NCBI RefSeq assembly: GCF_032444005.1
Contig: NC_091282.1
Span: forward strand, 695,516,001-695,580,000
DNA: 64,000 nt
DNA from: Ranitomeya imitator
Lineage: Eukaryota
Direction of reading: 5' to 3'
Below, in pieces: positions 49,193 to 61,070 of this stretch. A model generated the notes under the pieces. That model ran no database searches, was not told the DNA's origin, and was given only the letters and a program-made list of their open reading frames with translations. The position numbers and the translations under genes are program-made. The stretch's first letter is position 1; every line of letters starts with the position of its first letter.

Positions 49193-52040
49193 ACCTGTAG
49201 AAATATCTACAGGTAACTTTGACATAGTGGGAATAACCGAGACATGGTTAGATGAAAGCTATGACTGGGCAGTTAACTTACAGGGTTACAGTCTGTTTAG
49301 AAAGGATCGTAAAAATCGGAGAGGAGGAGGGGTTTGTCTCTATGTAAAGTCTTGTCTAAAGTCCACTTTAAGGGAGGATATTAGCGAAGGGAATGAGGAT
49401 GTCGAGTCCATATGGGTTGAAATTCATGGAGGGAAAAATGGTAACAAAATTCTCATTGGGGTCTGTTACAAACCCCCAAATATAACAGAAAGCATGGAAA
49501 GTCTACTTCTAAAGCAGATAGATGAAGCTGCAACCCATAATGAGGTCCTGGTTATGGGGGACTTTAACTACCCGGATATTAACTGGGAAACAGAAACCTG
49601 TGAAACCCATAAAGGCAACAGGTTTCTGCTAATAACCAAGAAAAATTATCTTTCACAATTGGTGCAGAATCCAACCAGAGGAGCAGCACTTTTAGACCTA
49701 ATACTATCTAATAGACCTGACAGAATAACAAATCTGCAGGTGGTTGGGCATTTAGGAAATAGCGACCACAATATTGTACAGTTTCACCTGTCTTTCACTA
49801 GGGGGACTTGTCAGGGAGTCACAAAAACATTGAACTTTAGGAAGGCAAAGTTTGAACAGCTTAGAGATGCCCTTAATCTGGTAGACTGGGACAATATCCT
49901 CAGAAATGAGAATACAGATAATAAATGGGAAATGTTTAAGAACATCCTAAATAGGCAGTGTAAGCGGTTTATACCTTGTGGGAATAAAAGGACTAGAAAT
50001 AGGAAAAACCCAATGTGGCTAAACAAAGAAGTAAGACAGGCAATTAACAGTAAAAAGAAAGCATTTGCACTACTAAAGCAGGATGGCACCATTGAAGCTC
50101 TAAAAAACTATAGGGAGAAAAATACTTTATCTAAAAAACTAATTAAAGCTGCCAAAAAGGAAACAGAGAAGCACATTGCTAAGGAGAGTAAAACTAATCC
50201 CAAACTGTTCTTCAACTATATCAATAGTAAAAGAATAAAAACTGAAAATGTAGGTCCCTTAAAAAATAGTGAGGAAAGAATGGTTGTAGATGACGAGGAA
50301 AAAGCTAACATATTAAACACCTTCTTCTCCACGGTATTCACGGTGGAAAATGAAATGCTAGGTGAAATCCCAAGAAACAATGAAAACCCTATATTAAGGG
50401 TCACCAATCTAACCCAAGAAGAGGTGCGAAACCGGCTAAATAAGATTAAAATAGATAAATCTCCGGGTCCGGATGGCATACACCCACGAGTACTAAGAGA
50501 ACTAAGTAATGTAATAGATAAACCATTATTTCTTATTTTTAGTGACTCTATAGCGACAGGGTCTGTTCCGCAGGACTGGCGCATAGCAAATGTGGTGCCA
50601 ATATTCAAAAAGGGCTCTAAAAGTGAACCTGGAAATTATAGGCCAGTAAGTCTAACCTCTATTGTTGGTAAAATATTTGAAGGGTTTCTGAGGGATGTTA
50701 TTCTGGATTATCTCAATGAGAATAACTGTTTAACTCCATATCAGCATGGGTTTATGAGAAATCGCTCCTGTCAAACCAATCTAATCAGTTTTTATGAAGA
50801 GGTAAGCTATAGGCTGGACCACGGTGAGTCATTGGACGTGGTATATCTCGATTTTTCCAAAGCGTTTGATACCGTGCCGCACAAGAGGTTGGTACACAAA
50901 ATGAGAATGCTTGGTCTGGGGGAAAATGTGTGTAAATGGGTTAGTAACTGGCTTAGTGATAGAAAGCAGAGGGTGGTTATAAATGGTATAGTCTCTAACT
51001 GGGTCGCTGTGACCAGTGGGGTACCGCAGGGGTCAGTATTGGGACCTGTTCTCTTCAACATATTCATTAATGATCTGGTAGAAGGTTTACACAGTAAAAT
51101 ATCGATATTTGCAGATGATACAAAACTATGTAAAGCAGTTAATACAAGAGAAGATAGTATTCTGCTACAGATGGATCTGGATTAGTTGGAAACTTGGGCT
51201 GAAAGGTGGCAGATGAGGTTTAACAATGATAAATGTAAGGTTATACACATGGGAAGAGGGAATCAATATCACCATTACACACTGAACGGGAAACCACTGG
51301 GTAAATCTGACAGGGAGAAGGACTTGGGGATCCTAGTTAATGATAAACTTACCTGGAGCAGCCAGTGCCAGGCAGCAGCTGCCAAGGCAAACAGGATCAT
51401 GGGGTGCATTAAAAGAGGTCTGGATACACATGATGAGAGCATTATACTGCCTCTGTACAAATCCCTAGTTAGACCGCACATGGAGTACTGTGTCCAGTTT
51501 TGGGCACCGGTGCTCAGGAAGGATATAATGGAACTAGAGAGAGTACAAAGGAGGGCAACAAAATTAATAAAGGGGATGGGAGAACTACAATACCCAGATA
51601 GATTAGCGAAATTAGGATTATTTAGTCTAGAAAAAAGACGACTGAGGGGCGATCTAATAACCATGTATAAGTATATAAGGGGACAATACAAATATCTCGC
51701 TGAGGATCTGTTTATACCAAGGAAGGTGACGGGCACAAGGGGGCATTCTTTGCGTCTGGAGGAGAGAAGGTTTTTCCACCAACATAGAAGAGGATTCTTT
51801 ACTGTTAGGGCAGTGAGAATCTGGAATTGCTTGCCTGAGGAGGTGGTGATGGCGAACTCAGTCGAGGGGTTCAAGAGAGGCCTGGATGTCTTCCTGGAGC
51901 AGAACAATATTGTATCATACAATTATTAGGTTCTGTAGAAGGACGTAGATCTGGGTATTTATTATGATGGAATATAGGCTGAACTGGATGGACAAATGTC
52001 TTTTTTCGGCCTTACTAACTATGTTACTATGTTACTATGT
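49193..52040 (+). mobile_element. 5'-truncated CR1 LINE with 8-bp tail repeats and a 21-bp target-site duplication
   Basis: APE endonuclease plus RT ORF2 and a (TACTATGT)n tail. TACCGTACCTTGGTGCTTTTT occurs at 49172-49192 and 52041-52061. Confidence 0.95.
49227..51929 (+). pseudogene. CR1 ORF2 (endonuclease + reverse transcriptase), 5'-truncated, one in-frame TAG at 51183-51185
   Basis: [22 protein letters not shown] (APE); [41 protein letters not shown] (RT). The 652-aa and 247-aa ORFs are in the same frame. Confidence 0.95.
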
Positions 52041-52681
52041 TACCGTACCTTGGTGCTTTTTTGTTTTGTTTTTTAAAGCATCTCTGCTAAGAAAAAACAA
52101 ACAAAAAAACTCCACTTTTTTTATCATTGCTTAATGGATTGAAAAAAAAAAAAGGTTAAAAGGACATTTACATAAAGCACCTAAGAAATAAGTGACAAAA
52201 CTGCATTAGGAACAAAAATCTAAATAAAAAATGCCAAGAAAAGGCCAGCATTTCCCGAAACTTCAGAGTCCTTCTAGTCCAGAGTGACCAATAACTAGAA
52301 TAGCACAACCATTAGGCTGTGTGCACACGATGCAGAATTAGTGCGGATCCGCAGCGGATTTTTCCGCGCAGATCCGCAAAGTGATTTACAGTACAATGTT
52401 AATCAATAGAAAAAAAAAAAGGCTGTACTAATGGTGCGGAAAAATCCGCATGAAAACCGCTGTGGATCAAAAGAAGTAACATGTCACTACAGTTGTGCGG
52501 AACTGCAGCGTTTCTGACCCCTTCCATTATAGAAATCCGCATCAATTCCGCAACAAAAACGCACAAAATCCGCGGCAAATCTGCGCCTGCCTTTTCTGCC
52601 AGGAGATGCGGATTTTGTGCTGAAAATTCTGTACCCCAATCCGCAACGTGTGAAAACTGACCAGATTAGCCCCCGCAGTCG

Positions 52682-52761
52682 CCACTAGGGGGCGCTCAAC
52701 GTAGGGTTCGCTCTCTGGGAGATGCATAATTCCACAGAGGCCGCTGGCGCCCTCTGGTGGC
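52682..52761. promoter_or_regulatory. Inverted pair of CTCF-like motifs upstream of the PTGR2 promoter
   Basis: CCACTAGGGGGCGC (+, 52682-52695) and GCCACCAGAGGGCGCC (-, 52746-52761). Another motif, GCCACTAGGGGGAGC, lies near 43557. Confidence 0.6.
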
Positions 52762-52929
52762 GGCTTTCATTTAAACACTGCAATTTGGCAGTATTACTAC
52801 TAGATATGAAGTGTATATTATGTCTATACATCTGGGGAATAAATATTATTCTATGCTAAGGACAGAGCACCTAACATAACAAGACAGCTGGGCACCACCT
52901 TGTATGAAAGCCTCTATTGCCTACTTTAA

Positions 52930-53150
52930 TGCAACGTGCACGCCTCCGGTGATGGCCGCTTTAAGAAGAATGACGCATGCGCAGTAGGGCTCGCTGGGTT
53001 GTTCTTGAACGTTGAGTTGCGGGGGTCATCGGTGAGTGGGGTCACGTGGTCCGTCTATTAACTCTGTACGCGGCTGCTCCTCAGTCCTCACACTGCTGCA
53101 GGTTGCGTCCACGGTGGGTGCGCTGCGTGCGGTGACCGGCTGCAGGGCTC
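52930..53150 (+). promoter_or_regulatory. PTGR2: CpG-rich promoter and probable non-coding exon 1 of PTGR2 (donor after 53031)
   Basis: Unique CpG-rich patch, NRF1-like GCATGCGCA (~52975-52983), donor CG|GTGAGT at 53031/53032 and E-box GTCACGTG at 53041. The next exon (56298) has 5' UTR before its ATG. Confidence 0.55.
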
Positions 53151-54559
53151 CATACAGTCATGGAGGGCAGATAACACTGGGAAATGGCAGCTGCTAGATA
53201 AACCGCACCTGCTGACTATTGAGAAGGGACTTTGGGGAGAATAGATAGCACGCTTTGTAAGAGGATTTGCAGATGGGGCTGAAGTGTCATGGCCACTCTC
53301 TGCAGAGAAAAGTAAAGACACCTGAGCATACAGCCGATGGCCAGATCTGTACAATCAACTGGTTATTCAAGGTTTTTTTTTTAAAGCAGAGTTTTATAAA
53401 AAGGGAATCTGTCAGTAAGATTAACCCTCTAACCGCACTTTGATCTTTGAATTATAAATCCATTGACACCTTTGTATATTCTATCTGTTGCTGCACTCCT
53501 AAGAAATTGGCAATGTATTCCATATGCAAATTAAGCATTAAATGCTCTGGGTGTGAAGGAGCACTTCCAGAGCCTCTGCCTCCCCAGGTTGTTTTCCTGC
53601 CCAGCACCAGCCTATTTAGCTTTATTGATAGCCCCTATCTGATTTTAAGCTAAAGAGACTGAGGATGGGTGAGGAAACTTGGGGAGGCAGAGGATCGGGA
53701 AGTGCTCTCACGCCCAGTGCACTTAATGCTTCACCTGTATATGAATTAAAACGCTAATTTATCAAGAGTGCAGCAGCAGATATAAGCTATAAAGGTGTCC
53801 ATTGATAGGCACTTTATATATACTGGGTAGGGGGTAAGGTGATAGATGATTACCTTTTAAATGGATGTATTACAAAGAAACTTGCGTTTTCGGCGTAACC
53901 AGGCAACAGGGTTTTGTAGTATGAAATCATAGAGTAAAAGAAATCCCCCCCTATAATTTTGAAGTTTGACTGCCAGCAGTGCAGCCACTTTGTTTAGATC
54001 TGTAACCACCAACATAATTGTGTTTTGGCAACTAAGACACTTATGGCAGCTTCTAAAGCCTAGAAGCTTAATGTTATAATGTTTTTGCTTTGTAATCTTA
54101 GAGTAGCATGATGTAGGGGTAGAGAGACTGATTCCAACAACAATTTCAACTTACTGGGCTGACTGCTGATGTTTTTATACAATCACTATCAGCAGGAGAT
54201 GACAGCCAGGTAGTCCATCCACACCCCACAACACTGATTGACAGCTTTCTGCCTATGCACAGTTTACAAAAAAAGCTGCCAATCAGTGGTGTGGGCGGGG
54301 TTATACAGAGTTGGTAGATCGGCAGCAGATAAAACAGGGATTTTTTTTTTTTAAATCAAAACTGCAGCAAGCAGCCCAATAAGTGACACATCGCTGGAAT
54401 CTGGGTCTCTGCCCCTACATCATGCTGCACTCAGATAATTTACTGAACACCTCAGTAGATGTATATCACTGATCATAAAAGATAGTCTGATGGATCTTAT
54501 ACAGAGTGAGTGATATAGATCTGCTGTATAAGGAAGAATGGCAGACCATTATTAGTATA

Positions 54560-55480
54560 GACCCAAAGAAAAAAGACTGAACGTTTGGCCAAGGAAAAAT
54601 AGGACAAATAGAATTAAGGCTAAAATACCTTTTATTAGTGAGGGTAATGAGACGTAGCACTACAAGCAAAAGTGTCCGCATGAATAATAAAACATGATTA
54701 TACAAATAGTAAATTTATATTAAATATATTGAAATCTATTAAAAACAAACACACCAGGTAATGTGTGCAAAGAAATAATAATACGCAGGTATAGCAGCAT
54801 AAGTGTCTGAGAGGCCCACAAAAAGGCTGTCTCACACTGTCAGTTTGGGCTCATACTCACTCGTGCGAGACTCGGATGAGTCTCACATGTTAATACCCGG
54901 CGCTGCTGCCGGCACTCAGATTGGAGCGTGCGGCCGCATAGCAATACATGCCCTCCGCTCCTCTGTGCCAGGTGCAGTGCCGGACTCCTCAGAGTGCAAT
55001 AAAGAAAATGACACAAATATATAACTTATATATGAATTTTTTTATATTAAAAATATCACTCAAAAGTGCATGTGCAAAGTGAGGAAAATATATGAATGCA
55101 AGGCTAATCAAAAAATGAATATAACCAAAGAATGAATTTGGGATTACAATGAATCACATTGAAAATTCACAATGAATCAGATGGTTGTGAACAGTGAAAG
55201 TGGAAATAGATGATATATATATCACAATGAATCATGTGAACCAGATGTCTATAGATAGGGGATACAATGCCTATTAGATCTAGCAGACAGAATATTTTGG
55301 GCCAAAATACAATAAATTACCTGCGTGTATGGAAGTCGCTGATATGGTGCATACCCCGATGCGCGTTTCGGAACTTATCCTTCATCAGGGGTTCGGCACT
55401 AAGGGTAGCAAAAATCTGGAGATGGATTCCTTGTAAGCAGTCCCTAAACTGTTTATATGCACACTTTATATTCTCTATCC
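54560..55480 (-). mobile_element. Penelope-like element remnant in PTGR2 intron 1
   Basis: AT-rich segment containing the GCGCGTTTCGG...CCTTCATCAGGGG motif typical of Penelope pLTRs; boundaries approximate. Confidence 0.5.
55353..55393 (-). ncRNA. Minimal type I hammerhead-ribozyme motif (degenerate)
   Basis: Minus strand: AACCC-CUGAUGA-A-GGA-UAAGU-UCC-GAAA-C-GCGC-AUC-GGGGU. Confidence 0.6.
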
Positions 55481-56329
55481 GTTGCCTAAATCCATAAAAA
55501 GCCATGATTTTTTTCAATATGCTAATGAAGGGTTAGGCACTTGATCCCACCCAGAGCACTTAACAGAACTCTGCCTCCAAAGGTTATTTTCAACCCTAGT
55601 GCCTCCCTCTCTTGATAGATCAATGTGTCTGTGACATCTAGCGCCTGTATAGGTCACTGCTCTTCTTGCTTCTGCACAGTAAGGAACACTGCTCCAAACT
55701 TCAGCGTTCTACTGCGCATGCACCGCCCCGACGCTCTGTACACCCATACCTGCGAAGTGTCCTCACTGCTCTTTTTCTGGGTGTACAGTGTCGCTGGTAG
55801 CGCATGCAAAGTAGAGTCCTGATGCCGGGGTCCTCAGCAGGCTAATGTGCAGAAGCGAGGAAAGCTGTGATCTACGCTGGCGCTAGATGTCCTGGCATCA
55901 ATGAGCTATATTTCTCTATTATTATTATTATTCTAAGATATATTTATTAAAAACAACTTTTAAAATTAACTTTTTCTCGTGGGGAAAATCTGTTTAAGTG
56001 CTCTAGGTGGGACAAAGCACTTAACAATTCATTTGCATATTTCAAAAATTGTGGATTATTCTGGATTCAGTCAATGGATAGCAAATATAAAGGTACCAAC
56101 GTGTTTATCTCTCCCCTATCTACATGCCCATATGCAGGGATTAGGGGGTGTTCTTACTGAGAGATTCAGGTAAAAAAATATGTATATGTTTTTTGTTATT
56201 ATATTTGTGGTAATATTTTACAACCATATGGACTATTTACTGAAAATGACTTGTTACGTCCTAAAGATGGTCCTTGTTTTATGCTTCTTATCCACAGAAG
56301 GACACAGAGGGTACGAAAGAACTTGAAGC

Positions 56330-56366
56330 ATGAAGGTTAAGAGGATGGTGCTGGCGTCTCGGCCCG
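56330..56366 (+). CDS. PTGR2: PTGR2 first coding exon (exon starts 56298); MKVKRMVLASRP+G
   Basis: Acceptor ttatccacag at 56297, ATG at 56330, donor G|GTAGGT. Matches the PTGR2 N-terminus (MIVQRVVLNSRPG in human); phase 1. Confidence 0.88.
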
Positions 56367-58691
56367 GTAGGTGATTTACTTTTTGCCTTGTTAAATACAA
56401 AAGTAAAAGCAATCGGAGCTTGGCTTCATTAGGCACAAGAAGGTGACCAGAGGCATTAAGGGGTGTTCTTCAGTAGTAAGAGGATAGACTGAAGGAAGCC
56501 GGTGTGTGCGCAATACATGGAACAGAGAAGATAACTTCACTCTGACTGATGGGAGATCCAGAGAGATGGTTGATGGCACGCCTCTGGGTGACCAGATAAG
56601 TCAGGAACCAGAAAACCTACTTTTATACAGGAAATGTGTCAGCAGGTTCTTGCACCGTATTTCTTATGTAGGGGCAGAGAGCCTGATTCCAGCGATGTGT
56701 CACTCACTGTGCTGCTTGGTGCAGACTCCCTGATTTATTTATTTTTTCTGCTGTAGATGTAGCAGAGCTCTAAATGCTGAGCTGTGTATAACTCTGCCCA
56801 CATCGCTGATTAACTGCTTCATGGCTGCCAATCAGTGGTGAGGACAGGATAACACAGATTAGCTGGACTGGTCTGCACATGAGATCTAGTCCTAAAGATA
56901 ATCTCCTTTGTTTTGAACTACAGCACACAGCCTAGTAAGTGAAATGTCAGTAATCCGGCTTTTTACCCCTAAATTATGATGCTTTCAGATTAAATGGCAA
57001 AAACCCTCTGACAGATTCTCTTTAAACTTGGTCAGTCCTGTGTGTGAATAGGGCTAATTTCACTATGAGTGCACCAGATTTTCCAGTTTCGGAAAACTCC
57101 TTTCCTCCGGCTGCAGTTTATTTGAAAAAAAAAAACCCCCACAATCTGCGCTTTGCCCTCCCTGGGTCCAGCGCGGAGTCTCCACCACTTCTCCTGGCGT
57201 CTAGCATTGTCGGTAGTGTCGGTCATGTCTGCAGCACTGCAGTTGATTTGGGAAAGGCTTCTGAGCTCATTAATTGTCTGCAGTACTGTCTGCTTGACGT
57301 CAGCGCTGCAGACAATAACAGGCACTAGAAGCAGCGACGGAGACTCAGTTTTGGACCTGGAGAGGGTGAGTAACACTTTGCACATGGTGATGTCACAGCA
57401 CACGGAGTCCTACCATAGTGCAAAGACGATCTACTTGCTGGAGAATGTACAATGTCACTATCACCCACATTTTTTTTTTTTACACACACGTTGCATCTAT
57501 TTTGCTTTTTTTTTTTTTTATGTATCCTTTTCTTTTCCTTTGATTTTATTTGTGTCATTGAGGGAAGTGTTAAAGATCATATGCTTTCTAGAAAAAATCC
57601 CCCCCCCCCAAAAAAAAAAAAAAAAAAGAAAACAAAAAAAAAAAAAAAAAAATAAAATATATTATAAGACAAATAAAAATGTGACCATACATTTCCATCT
57701 ATCTTCCATGGGCTGCGAAATGTTATAAAAATCAAAATGGATAATGCGCACAAATGGATGCTAATTTGACAAATGTTTATCCCATTTAGATACTTTTTTT
57801 TTTTTTTTTTTAAAAATAACAAATGGATACGTCCGGTCAAAAACTTGACTTTTTTTTATTTCCAGAGAATACTTTTCCTGGCCAAATTTGAACAGATCTG
57901 ACAAATTTCAGCAGAATTGCTCATCACAATAATAAAAAAAAAGGTTATTTAATGTAAATATTAGGAATCTTTTCACCTATGCAATTTTCTGGCATAATTG
58001 TCTATTTGCTGGAAAAATTACTGATTTACATCAATAGTAACAAAAAGAAACAAACAAAAAAAATACCCTAAACTCCATATAAATGCATCTTCAGCACTTA
58101 GTCCAAGTGTTGTGTTTTGTTTTTTTTGGTTTGCAGGATAAATGTTGTGACAAAGTTTTCAGTGTCAGGACCAAGTGCCAAACGTTATTGAAAAGTGTGA
58201 AAGTGACTTGTGCGGACGTGTGATCCTTCCTGCTGTATTTTTAGATCCCTGCAAGAGTCCAAGTGACAGAAATAGGGCATGCAGTTTAGATTTAGCACAC
58301 CACATCTCTATACCACCTGTGTGCCCCAAATCGCACACGCTGGAGAGTGATCCGCACGGCCGCTGAATACAGAGCAGCAGATGTTTCTCCTGGCTGAATG
58401 TGTAGTAGAAATATCTGTCTTCTGTCAGCTCTTCGATTTTAGTAAATCCTTCAATATTCTATAAAAAATTACAACTTTTTTTTTTTAAGAACTCGGTTGC
58501 TCCCAGTTATTTGCAGGAAGAATATCATACCTAGGGTATGTTTCGTGCCTGCATGTCGGCACTGATTGGACAGTATAGGAATGCTTGACATGGTTCTTTA
58601 ACGTTTTTAAAGTGCAGGTGCGCTTTTTCATTAAAGTGCGGGTGCAGCAAATGTGAATTGATACCTAGCAATGTTGTGTATTTTTACTCAG

Positions 58692-58810
58692 GAAATGATG
58701 GGGAGCCCGTAACTGAAAACTTCCGCCTGGAGGAAGCAGATGTTCCAGAGGAGCTGATGGATGGTCAAGTGCTGACCCAAACCTTGTATATTTCTGTGGA
58801 TCCTTACCTG
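58692..58810 (+). CDS. PTGR2: PTGR2 coding exon 2 (119 nt): GNDGEPVTENFRLEEADVPEELMDGQVLTQTLYISVDPYL
   Basis: tttttactcag acceptor and CTG|GTGAGC donor. The P-x-x-ENF and LYxSVDPY motifs are those of MDR-family prostaglandin reductases. Confidence 0.95.
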
Positions 58811-59530
58811 GTGAGCAGTCTGCGCATCTTAATGTACAGAAGTCTGCATCAGACCTGAATGACTGGAATCGCAGCGTGCACTAGTTTCTTCCTTATTTTG
58901 GATGAGTCTCGCCCATACAAGTCTATAGGTGGGCAAAAAAAACAAACAAAAAACAATCCCATATCTTTTCTAACAACTCTGTGTTGTACTGTTCCTCCGT
59001 TATTACCCCAGGAATTATATAATTTATTTGAGAAGGGGAGTGTCACTGTGTGAACCTTCCTCTTCAGTTATGACAGTGGGAGACTTTTTCAGGATCCACA
59101 CATTCGACAGGGGGGATGATTATTTGTAGTTGTCAGGTTATTTCCAGGAGGAGTAAAAGAGGAACCGCACAATATAGATAATTGTTGTTAATGATAAATT
59201 CTAATATACAGTAAATCAGATGTATATTTTCGCCTAGTAGACTGGTCTTTTATATAACTGTAATGTGGAGAGAATGCTAAACATATTGCAGAGTGAGATG
59301 AAAACACTTTTTTACATTATACATGCGGTATATTTTGATTTCTTATCTGTGAACTGCAGTCATTTGACTTTTTACTGCTTTGAAAATTGGCAAAGATAAT
59401 AATGACATAATATTCAACATTGTAAGTAGAGCATCAAATACGTTAACAGTACAAACAGTGTACAAGAACGCTTCAAAGCACATGTAATCCAACATGTACA
59501 ATCATTTCTTCCCCATTGCCAGAGGGGTAA

Positions 59531-59927
59531 GGCTACTTTTACACTAGCGTTGTTTTCAATACGTCACAATGCGTCGTTTAGGGGAAAAAACGCATCCTGT
59601 AAAGTTGTTTGCAGGATGCGTTTTTGCCACCTAGAGTAACATTACCGACGTATTGACACACGTCGCAAACCGTCGTGCGACGGTTACGCTGTGTTGTGGC
59701 GGACCGCTGGGAGCAAAAAACATTAAATGTAACGTTTTTTGCTGCCGACGGACTGCTTTTTGCGGCCGGAACTCCGCCCCCACCTCCCCGCACCTCACAA
59801 TGGGGCAGCGGATGCGCCGAAGAAATGCATCCGCTGCACCCGATGTGCAGCGCATCAAACGCTAGCGTCGGAATCTCGGCCCGACGCATTGCGACGGGCC
59901 GAATCCGACGCTAGTGTGAAAGTAGCC
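59531..59927. mobile_element. Harbinger-type MITE in a PTGR2 intron
   Basis: TAA|GGCTACTTTTACACTAG...CTAGTGTGAAAGTAGCC|TAA. Confidence 0.88.
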
Positions 59928-60200
59928 TAAGGCAACTACCGTACATAACCCACCCTACCCAATAAAAAACATAACATGCATGCTCAGTTGGACATGCTTG
60001 GTTATGGTGGTCAGGAGTAATTAATCATTCAGTGTGGTTTAACTGGTAATTAAAATATCTTTTTGGCTGGCTGTTTTCCTATGTCTGTACTCAGGGTCTG
60101 TTTTTGACATAGTAGGGTCCTGGGCAAAAATAAAAGTGGGGCACAATCTTGCGTTGAAATCTCTTGTCAATTTTTCTTTTCCGTCCACATCTAGGGAGGT

Positions 60201-60432
60201 ATGACACTGCGCTCGGTAGACACCGGAACATTCAGGTCTTTGGAGATGGACTTGTAGCCTTGAGATTGCTCATGCTTCCTCACAATTTGGTTTCTCAAGT
60301 CCTCAGACACTTCTTTGGTCTTCTTTCTTTTCTCCATGCTCAATGTGGTACACACAAGGACACAGGACAGAGGTCGAGTCAACTTTAATCCATGTCAACT
60401 GGCTGCAAGTGTGATTTAGTTATTGCCAACAC
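60201..60432 (-). mobile_element. Tc1 transposase 5' fragment running into an N gap
   Basis: ORF 60191-60382 contains KTKEVSEDLRNQIVRKHEQSQGYKSISKDLNVPVST, a paired-like HTH. Confidence 0.8.
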
Positions 60433-61070
60433 NNNNNNNNNNNNNNNNNNNNNNNNNNNNNNNNNNNNNNNNNNNNNNNNNNNNNNNNNNNNNNNNNNNN
60501 NNNNNNNNNNNNNNNNNNNNNNNNNNNNNNNNNNNNNNNNNNNNNNNNNNNNNNNNNNNNNNNNNNNNNNNNNNNAGTTGTAAAACAATGTGTAATGTCA
60601 GAGAACTACAATGTGTAATGTCAGAGAACTGCTGTATGTAAAAGCTCATGTTAAAATCGCATTGCATACGGATGTCATACGGATGTTGCGATAAAAAAAT
60701 CGCATGATGCTCGCATGATTTTCCTCTGTTATTTCTGTCCATAAATTTGACCGTTTTTTTTTCTCTCAAGTGGAAATGAGCCCTAAGACTCATAATGCCT
60801 GTTTTTTTTCTGGAGGAGTTTTCACCAGGCTCCATTTCATCAAAGGGTTGTAATGATTGGTGGATCCTGGTGGTGTGTATAGAGGTGTTACTAATCACAA
60901 TAGGTGATGTCACAGCTCCCCTGCTCCCCCTTCCTTAACAATGCTCTTTGCACACACTGATTAGATGCTTCAATACAAAAGAAAGGGTGGGAATCGGCTA
61001 ATGTATATCTGAATCTCCTGAAACAGGAAGTTAGAGTATTTAAAACAAAAATAAGAGAAAAGTAGACTTT

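Noticed and set aside
49811-51922. Antisense ORFs within CR1 (also 61070-61717)
   Set aside because: Shadow ORFs from the codon bias of ORF2; no recognisable domains.
53088-53354. Minus-strand ORF as the first exon of a divergent gene such as MIDEAS
   Set aside because: No similarity I can recognise, it would overlap the putative PTGR2 exon 1/intron 1, and I found no downstream minus-strand exons.
58137-58220. Additional PTGR2 exon after a strong polypyrimidine/AG
   Set aside because: The required phase gives an immediate TAA, there is no good donor, and the flanking exons already join in frame.
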